The notes beneath the pieces are model-generated. The model saw only the letters and a list, made by a program, of their open reading frames with translations, did not search any database and was not told the origin of the DNA. Both the position numbers and the translations under genes were made by a program. This document shows positions 57,807 through 64,000 of a stretch of 64,000 bases of DNA, piece by piece. Source of the DNA: Rhodospirillales bacterium (GTDB lineage: Bacteria; Pseudomonadota; Alphaproteobacteria; Bin95); contig JAYQLI010000035.1 in the NCBI GenBank assembly GCA_038143065.1, positions 480,001-544,000 of the forward strand, written 5' to 3'. Each line of letters opens with the position of its first letter. Position 1 is the stretch's first letter.

Positions 57807-58931
57807 ATGGAAAGTACAAACCCAATATTCAGAGCTAACCGACTGAAACTTGGGGTGATGGCTTTTAATTGCTCTAACGGCTCCACAGTCACAACTGCAC
57901 CGGAAGCCTGGCCAATGACTTGGTCTGATAATGTGGCTTTAGCTCAAATGGCGGATAGGGCTGGCTTCGAAGCTCTACTGCCAGTCGGGCGCTGGAAAGG
58001 TTATGGCGGGCCATCAAATTTTAACAATAGAACTTTTGAAAGTTTTACCTGGGCTGCTGGTATTGGAGCACTAACTAAGCAAATTGCTGTTCTCTCAACA
58101 ATTCATGCGCCCCTTGTTCACCCAGTTATGGCTGCTAAACAGGCGGCAACCATTGATCATATTACGCAAGGCCGCTTTGTTTTAAATCTAGTTTGTGGTT
58201 GGTTCCGAAATGAATTTGAAATGTTTGGGGCCGAGTGGAGAGAGCATGACGTTCGCTATGAGTATGCTGCTGAGTGGTTAGATGTTTGCCGGCGATTATG
58301 GTTTGAGAGAACACCTTTTGAGTTTCAAGGAACATATTTTCAAGGCAAGGAACTTTGGAGTGAACCTAAGCCGATTCAGGGAGCTAACTTGCCTGTGATG
58401 AATGCTGGTTCATCAGATATTGGTCAACGTTTCTCCGCGGAAAATTGCGATATGAATTTTGTGATGCTTCGGCAAAGGGACGAAGCAAATGATCAAGAGC
58501 AAATAGCTAAATTGAAAAGGCTAGCCAATGCAGCTGGTCGAAAGTCTGGATGTTGGATACATGGTTATGCAGTCGTGCGTTCGACACAGGAAGAAGCTGA
58601 GGCAGCTCTAAACAGATACGTTATCGAATACGGCGATGAAGAAGCCGTTAATAATATGCTGTCTATTTTTGGGATGGAGTCTGGAACGTTAGCTCCAGAC
58701 GTTATGGACGCTTTTAAATTTCATTTTAAAGCTGGTCACGGAGGTTACCCAATCGTAGGCACACCAAAGAAAGTTGTCGACGATATGGTTAGGTTATCAG
58801 AGATGGGGGTAGATGGAATTCTGCTTTCGTGGCTGGATTACCTTGGAGAATGCAAGCAATGGATAGAAGAGGTTTTGCCGCTCATGGAAGCTGCTGGCTT
58901 GCGCTCTCCTGCTTCCTCGCATCTTTCCTGA
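57807..58931 (+). CDS. LLM-class (luciferase-like) flavin-dependent monooxygenase
   Basis: GFEALLP.GRWKGYGG, AATIDHI..GRF.LN.V.GW, PKP, AGSS..G. Confidence 0.88.
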   Translation: MESTNPIFRANRLKLGVMAFNCSNGSTVTTAPEAWPMTWSDNVALAQMADRAGFEALLPVGRWKGYGGPSNFNNRTFESFTWAAGIGALTKQIAVLSTIHAPLVHPVMAAKQAATIDHITQGRFVLNLVCGWFRNEFEMFGAEWREHDVRYEYAAEWLDVCRRLWFERTPFEFQGTYFQGKELWSEPKPIQGANLPVMNAGSSDIGQRFSAENCDMNFVMLRQRDEANDQEQIAKLKRLANAAGRKSGCWIHGYAVVRSTQEEAEAALNRYVIEYGDEEAVNNMLSIFGMESGTLAPDVMDAFKFHFKAGHGGYPIVGTPKKVVDDMVRLSEMGVDGILLSWLDYLGECKQWIEEVLPLMEAAGLRSPASSHLS

Positions 58932-59764
58932 TTGTTTTAACGGCCAATTCAACTGAGGAAGTGCCCGCAAGCACCCTTTTTGGTTTGACGGTTAAGGCAG
59001 CAGATCTACCAACGCATTCCATAGGTACTTATTCTGGTGGTTGCCTAGCCGGAGGCGTCAGCATCGCCAAAAATGGACTAGGCTTTCAGACAATGCGCCC
59101 CAGTCGGAATCGAAACTGGGCCCATCCCATTTTGAAAGGCTTTATTGAGGAACTTGGCTCTGAAGTTACCAAACGGAAGTATGCTGGGCTTTTAGTTGGT
59201 GACATTTCACAACCCCGAGGCGGCCCTATGGCAGGTGGGCATTTAAGCCATCAAACCGGGCTTGATGTTGATATTTGGTTCAAACCATCTCCTAGTCACA
59301 AACTGAATATATCGGATCGCGAAGGTATGAGCGCAGATTCAGTAGTTACTGGTATTTATTGGCCATGGGTAAATACAAAATTCACCGATAGGGAGATTTG
59401 GTTGTTAAAGTTTGTCGCTGAAGATCCGCGTGTTGCTCGGGTTTTTGTTGCTGCCCCAATTAAGAAAGCATTATGTGAAAATGATAATATTAAAGAAGTC
59501 GATTGGTTGCGAAAGATTCGTCCATGGTACGGGCATACTCATCACTTCCATGTTCGGTTAACGTGCCCTTCTGATAGTACTGAATGTATTGAACAGGCTA
59601 TGCTGCCAGATGGACCGGGGTGTGGTTCGAAACTTGATTGGTGGTTGTCCTCAGAGAGAACACTTACCAAACGGGAAAAAGGTCCAACTAAATCTAAGGT
59701 AAAACTGCTGACTGATTTACCTGAAAATTGTAGTAATGTTTTGAATGCAGAGGCCGTACGCTAA
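58859..59764 (+). CDS. mepA: Penicillin-insensitive murein endopeptidase (start uncertain)
   Basis: IG.Y.GGCLAG, R.RNW.HP, GDISQPRGG, GH.SHQ.GLD.D, GH..HFHVRL.CP. Confidence 0.92.
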   Translation: MDRRGFAAHGSCWLALSCFLASFLIVLTANSTEEVPASTLFGLTVKAADLPTHSIGTYSGGCLAGGVSIAKNGLGFQTMRPSRNRNWAHPILKGFIEELGSEVTKRKYAGLLVGDISQPRGGPMAGGHLSHQTGLDVDIWFKPSPSHKLNISDREGMSADSVVTGIYWPWVNTKFTDREIWLLKFVAEDPRVARVFVAAPIKKALCENDNIKEVDWLRKIRPWYGHTHHFHVRLTCPSDSTECIEQAMLPDGPGCGSKLDWWLSSERTLTKREKGPTKSKVKLLTDLPENCSNVLNAEAVR

Positions 59765-59835
59765 CATCGCTTTGCGGATAGCTGCAAACATGGTCTAAGC
59801 ATTCACCAAACTATTGTTCACTCGGAGCAAATGCC

Positions 59836-61152
59836 ATGCGCCTGACGCGCTATTTTATGCCTACTTTGAAAGAAACGCCGGCCGAAGCTCAGATTATATC
59901 GCATCGTTTGATGCTTCGAGCAGGAATGGTTCGTCAGTCTGCAGCTGGAATATATTCTTGGCTGCCTCTAGGACTTCGAGTTCTCAAAAAAATAGAGCAA
60001 ATTGTCAGAGAGGAGCAAAACAGATCAGGGGCTCACGAAGTCTTGATGCCAACCATCCAGTCTGCCGACTTATGGAGGGAAAGTGGTCGATACGATGACT
60101 ACGGTAAGGAGATGCTTCGGATTAAGGACAGGCACGATCGAGATATGCTTTACGGCCCAACAAATGAGGAGCTTATAACGGACATTTTCCGGTTTTATGT
60201 AAAAAGCTACCGCGACCTGCCTCAAAATTTATATCATATTCAGTGGAAGTTTAGGGATGAAGTGAGGCCGCGTTTTGGCGTGATGCGTGGCCGAGAGTTT
60301 TTAATGAAGGACGCTTACTCGTTTGACTTAGACTACGCTGGAGCAAAGCATTCCTACAATAAAATGTTTATGGCTTATTTGGCCACGTTTGAACGCATGG
60401 GCTTAAAAGCAATTCCCATGAGGGCGGATACGGGACCAATTGGCGGCGATTTATCTCACGAGTTTATCATTCTAGCTGAAACTGGAGAAAGCGAAGTATT
60501 CTGCGATAAGCGATGGATGGAGGTAGACTTAGGTGGCAACGATATCAACTACGATAGTGACTTAGAACCTACAATTGCCTCACTAACTTCCCTTTATGCA
60601 GCCACTGACGAGATGCATGATCCAGATAATTGCCCAATTAGTGATAGTGATTTATTGCAGGCTCGGGGTGTAGAAGTTGGCCATATTTTCTATTTCGGCA
60701 CTAAATACTCAGAGCCGATGGGAGCTTTTGTTCAAACCGCGGAAGGAAACCAAGAAGCCGTCCATATGGGGTCATATGGAATTGGTGTTTCACGTTTGGT
60801 TGGCGGTATAATTGAGGCTAGCCACGACGATAGTGGAATTATATGGCCTGATGCAGTGGCACCTTTCGATGTCGGTTTAATAAATCTCCGTCAAGGTGAT
60901 GGAGACACTGATTCTGCTTGCAATGACATTTACGATAAATTGAATAACGCTGCCGTCGATGTGCTCTATGATGATAGGGATGAGAGGGCTGGAGCCAAAT
61001 TTGCAGACATAGACCTAATTGGACTGCCTTGGCAGATCATTGTTGGCCCTCGCGGCCTAAAAAATGGTGTGGTTGAACTTAAGCGTCGTCGCACCGGAGA
61101 AAAAATAGAAGTTTCTCTTGACGACGTCGTTGCACGAGTTGCCCCAAAGTAA
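59836..61152 (+). CDS. proS: Proline--tRNA ligase (short type)
   Basis: [41 protein letters not shown]. Confidence 0.97.
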   Translation: MRLTRYFMPTLKETPAEAQIISHRLMLRAGMVRQSAAGIYSWLPLGLRVLKKIEQIVREEQNRSGAHEVLMPTIQSADLWRESGRYDDYGKEMLRIKDRHDRDMLYGPTNEELITDIFRFYVKSYRDLPQNLYHIQWKFRDEVRPRFGVMRGREFLMKDAYSFDLDYAGAKHSYNKMFMAYLATFERMGLKAIPMRADTGPIGGDLSHEFIILAETGESEVFCDKRWMEVDLGGNDINYDSDLEPTIASLTSLYAATDEMHDPDNCPISDSDLLQARGVEVGHIFYFGTKYSEPMGAFVQTAEGNQEAVHMGSYGIGVSRLVGGIIEASHDDSGIIWPDAVAPFDVGLINLRQGDGDTDSACNDIYDKLNNAAVDVLYDDRDERAGAKFADIDLIGLPWQIIVGPRGLKNGVVELKRRRTGEKIEVSLDDVVARVAPK

Positions 61153-62396
61153 TGATTACCGGCTTTGAACGTATGGTTGCTGGGCGGTATCTTCAAAGCC
61201 GCGGTCGAGAGAATTTCATTTCTGTTGTAGCTTGGTTTTCCTTGATTGGTATCGCGCTTGGGGTGGCGACACTCATCATTGTAATGTCAGTGATGAATGG
61301 TTTTAGGGAGCAGCTTTTAAATCGAATTCTTGGAGTAAATGGTCACCTTCAAGTTATGTAGATCGGAGAGCCCATTAAAAATTTTGGCGACATGGAAATT
61401 CAAATTAAAAATATAGGGGGTGTGACGCGCGCTGCTGCCGTTGTGGAGAGCCAGGCAATGGTGACACATGAGGGTTCTGCGCAGGGTGCATTAGTGCGCG
61501 GCTTATCTATATCCGGGCTAAATACTCTTAAGTCTATTAAAGAGGGCATTGCGGCGGGTAAGATTGATGACTTTGAGGGCAGGGGTGTTGCAGTTATAGG
61601 ACACCGTATGGCTTCCCGATTAGGGGTTGATATTGGAGATCCTATTACGCTGATTTCATCTGCCCGCGGGGTTACCCCTTTTGGAGCTGTTCCCCTACAA
61701 AAAAGCTTCAAAGTAATCGCTGTCTTTGATGTGGGTATGTACGAGTATGACTCGACATTTATCTACATTCCGTTGCGTGATGCGCGCGCATTATTTCAAA
61801 CTGGCGATGGTGTTTCATTTATAGAAGCAATGGTTAAAAATCCTGAAAAGCTCAATCCAATCAAACAGGAAATTCTAAAGAGTTTATCCGGTCAATTCAG
61901 GGTTTTTGATTGGAGGGATACAAACCAAACTTTTGTGAATGCGCTGAACGTTGAGCGCAATGTAATGTTCCTTATTCTGACGCTCATAATTCTTGTAGCT
62001 GCATTCAACATCGTCTCCAGTCTTGTGATGTTGGTAAAGGATAAAACTCGCGATATTGCAGTTATGAGAACCATGGGAGCTACAAGAGGAATGATAATGC
62101 GATCATTTCTCATTACAGGCTCTACGATTGGCGTTGTTGGTACGCTTTGTGGATTTGCCCTAGGGCTTGGGTTTGCTTCAAATATTGAAGAAATCCGCAC
62201 TCTCCTAGAGAAATTATCTGGAGCACGGTTATTTCAAGCAGAAATATACTTTCTGTCAAAGCTACCGGCGAAGGTTGATAGCTTTGAAGTTGCGCTAGTT
62301 ATGGTGATGGCGCTGTCATTATCTTTTCTGGCTAGTTTGTATCCAGCATGGCGAGCTTCTAGAGCTGAACCGGCCCATGCGCTGAGGTATGAATGA
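61152..62396 (+). CDS. lolC: Lipoprotein-releasing ABC transporter permease (frameshift near 61357)
   Basis: GIALGVATLIIVMSVMNGF, AAFNI.SSL.MLV.DK..DIA, YPAWRAS. Confidence 0.92.
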
Positions 62397-63067
62397 GAGA
62401 GAGAATTCTTAATCTGCGTGGCGTCGAAAAATCCTATCGACAAGGGAACACGCGGCTGGAGGTTTTAAGAGGGCTAAATCTTGAGGTTTTAGCCGGGGAG
62501 ACAGTCGCTCTTATGGCACCTTCTGGCGCTGGGAAGACCACATTACTTCAGATTGCTGGGTTACTGGATCGGCCAGATTCCGGCGTAGTTTATATCGGTT
62601 CTGAGAGAGCTTCGGACTTACCCGATGCTGGCCGTAGTCGCCTGCGTTCAAACTACATTGGATTTGTATTTCAATCGCATCGCCTCCTGCCAGAATTTAC
62701 TGCGGAGGAAAACGTGGTATTGCCTCAACGTATCCTTGGTAGAAGTAAGACAGAAGCAAAAAATAGAGCGCGAGAATTGCTGGAGAAAATGGGCCTAAAA
62801 GAGCGAATGGCTCACCATCCATCGGCTTTATCCGGTGGCGAACAGCAGCGAGTAGCCATAGCCCGGTCTTTAGCAAATCGACCCAGGCTTATTCTCGCAG
62901 ACGAACCCACGGGTAACCTAGATGGTGATACTGCGTGGCATGTTTTAGACGTTTTAATGCAGCAGGTCAGTGAGAATGGACTGGCAGTTCTTATAGCAAC
63001 CCATAACCCAGAGCTCGCAGCTCGATTGGACCGAACTGTTCGTTTGAGCAATGGGACGGCGAGCTAA
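62393..63067 (+). CDS. lolD: Lipoprotein-releasing ABC transporter ATP-binding protein
   Basis: PSGAGKTT, LSGGEQQRVAIAR, ADEPTGNLD. Confidence 0.92.
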   Translation: MRERILNLRGVEKSYRQGNTRLEVLRGLNLEVLAGETVALMAPSGAGKTTLLQIAGLLDRPDSGVVYIGSERASDLPDAGRSRLRSNYIGFVFQSHRLLPEFTAEENVVLPQRILGRSKTEAKNRARELLEKMGLKERMAHHPSALSGGEQQRVAIARSLANRPRLILADEPTGNLDGDTAWHVLDVLMQQVSENGLAVLIATHNPELAARLDRTVRLSNGTAS

Positions 63068-63166
63068 ATAAAACTATTGGGTAGACGAGTAGGTCTTACA
63101 AATCACGGTCAGCATAGACTAAAACGTTTCCGTCAACGCCAAGAATTTACCCCTTAAAATAATCAT

Positions 63167-63206
63167 AAAAAAACCGCCGGGAAGGAACCTCCGCCGGCGG
63201 TTTCTT
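63167..63206. terminator. Bidirectional intrinsic terminator
   Basis: AAAAAAACCGCCGG...CCGGCGGTTTCTT between convergent lolD and the TRAP gene. Confidence 0.75.
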
Positions 63207-63224
63207 GTTCTCTATGATCAGCGC

Positions 63225-64000
63225 TTACCCAGGTGCACCTGGCATCATTGTGTTCGGTAAGTAGAGCACAATGCCTGGGAATATGATCAAAAACGCAACT
63301 GTAATTAAATCAGCAACGACAAATGGCCATATGCCCTTAAACACCTCTGATAGAGGTATGTCTGGTCTGACCCCGTTAACAACGAAACAGTTTAGACCAA
63401 TGGGCGGCGTTACGAGCCCCACTTCAATCATTTTGACCAAGATGATGCCGAACCAAATTGGATCGAAACCAAGAGCCAAAATTGCTGGGTAGACGACGGG
63501 CAGGGTCAGCAGAAGCATTCCAATCCCGTCCATAAACATCCCAAGTAAGATGTAAACGCCTAGGATACAAAGGAAGATAACCATCCTTGGAACATCAAGA
63601 TTTGCTATCCAGTCAGCGAAAGCGCCTGGTAGACCAGTAAAGCCCAGGAAACGCACATAAATTAAAACCCCCCAAATGATCGTAAAGATCATCACAGTGA
63701 TCTTGGAGGTTTCCATCAGTGCATCGCCCAGATCCTTCCTCGTCATCCCCTGGCCGGTAAAGACGCGACGCAAAAGAGCTAAGATAAAGATTACAGCTGC
63801 ACCAGCCGCGCCGGTTTCAGTTGGAGTAATCCAGCCGGTGTATATTCCACCTAGAATAATGGCTATGACCAATACAATTGGCATGGCGCCTGGTGTTGCT
63901 TTTGCGCGTTCACTCCAAGTTATGCCTTTAATAGGAGCACCTAGCTGCGGCCATTTCCAGCAACGTAAGACGATAACACCGCCATAAACAACCGCTGAAA
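63225..64000 (-). CDS. TRAP transporter large permease (DctM), 5' part outside the window
   Basis: GGIYTG..TPTE, LGMFMD, GFDPIWFG, TPPIGLN. Confidence 0.92.
   Translation of the reverse strand, partial: SAVVYGGVIVLRCWKWPQLGAPIKGITWSERAKATPGAMPIVLVIAIILGGIYTGWITPTETGAAGAAVIFILALLRRVFTGQGMTRKDLGDALMETSKITVMIFTIIWGVLIYVRFLGFTGLPGAFADWIANLDVPRMVIFLCILGVYILLGMFMDGIGMLLLTLPVVYPAILALGFDPIWFGIILVKMIEVGLVTPPIGLNCFVVNGVRPDIPLSEVFKGIWPFVVADLITVAFLIIFPGIVLYLPNTMMPGAPG

Overview
Core-genome-like 64 kb segment of an alphaproteobacterium, probably marine and Rhodospirillales-like. The assignment rests on the circularly permuted tmRNA next to sspB and thyX, and on the hisG-hisD-UPF0262-maf-yacG, pheA-kdsB-cycM, yejABEF, yfgM-bamB-der and proS-lolCD syntenies. 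About 30 genes, including essential ones (topA, der, lolC), are broken by single-base indels, mostly in homopolymers. This pattern indicates uncorrected long-read errors rather than pseudogenes. The best hidden signal is a glutathione S-transferase whose true start (938) lies 18 codons upstream of the called ORF. It has an in-frame TGA exactly at the catalytic Cys position (T-U-P-W-V-Q-R), followed by a bacterial SECIS-like hairpin, so it is a probable selenoprotein. An oxidoreductase-SelD fusion in the same window is consistent with selenium use. Other notable parts are a singlet-oxygen/light-stress block (FeS photolyase plus ufaD/ufaO/cfa-like furan fatty acid genes with an RpoE-like promoter) next to tRNA-Gly, an opine oxidase/HcnABC-like trio, a RegA box before cytochrome c, and a VWA + membrane J-domain gene pair. 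No CRISPR array, transposase or integrase was seen.
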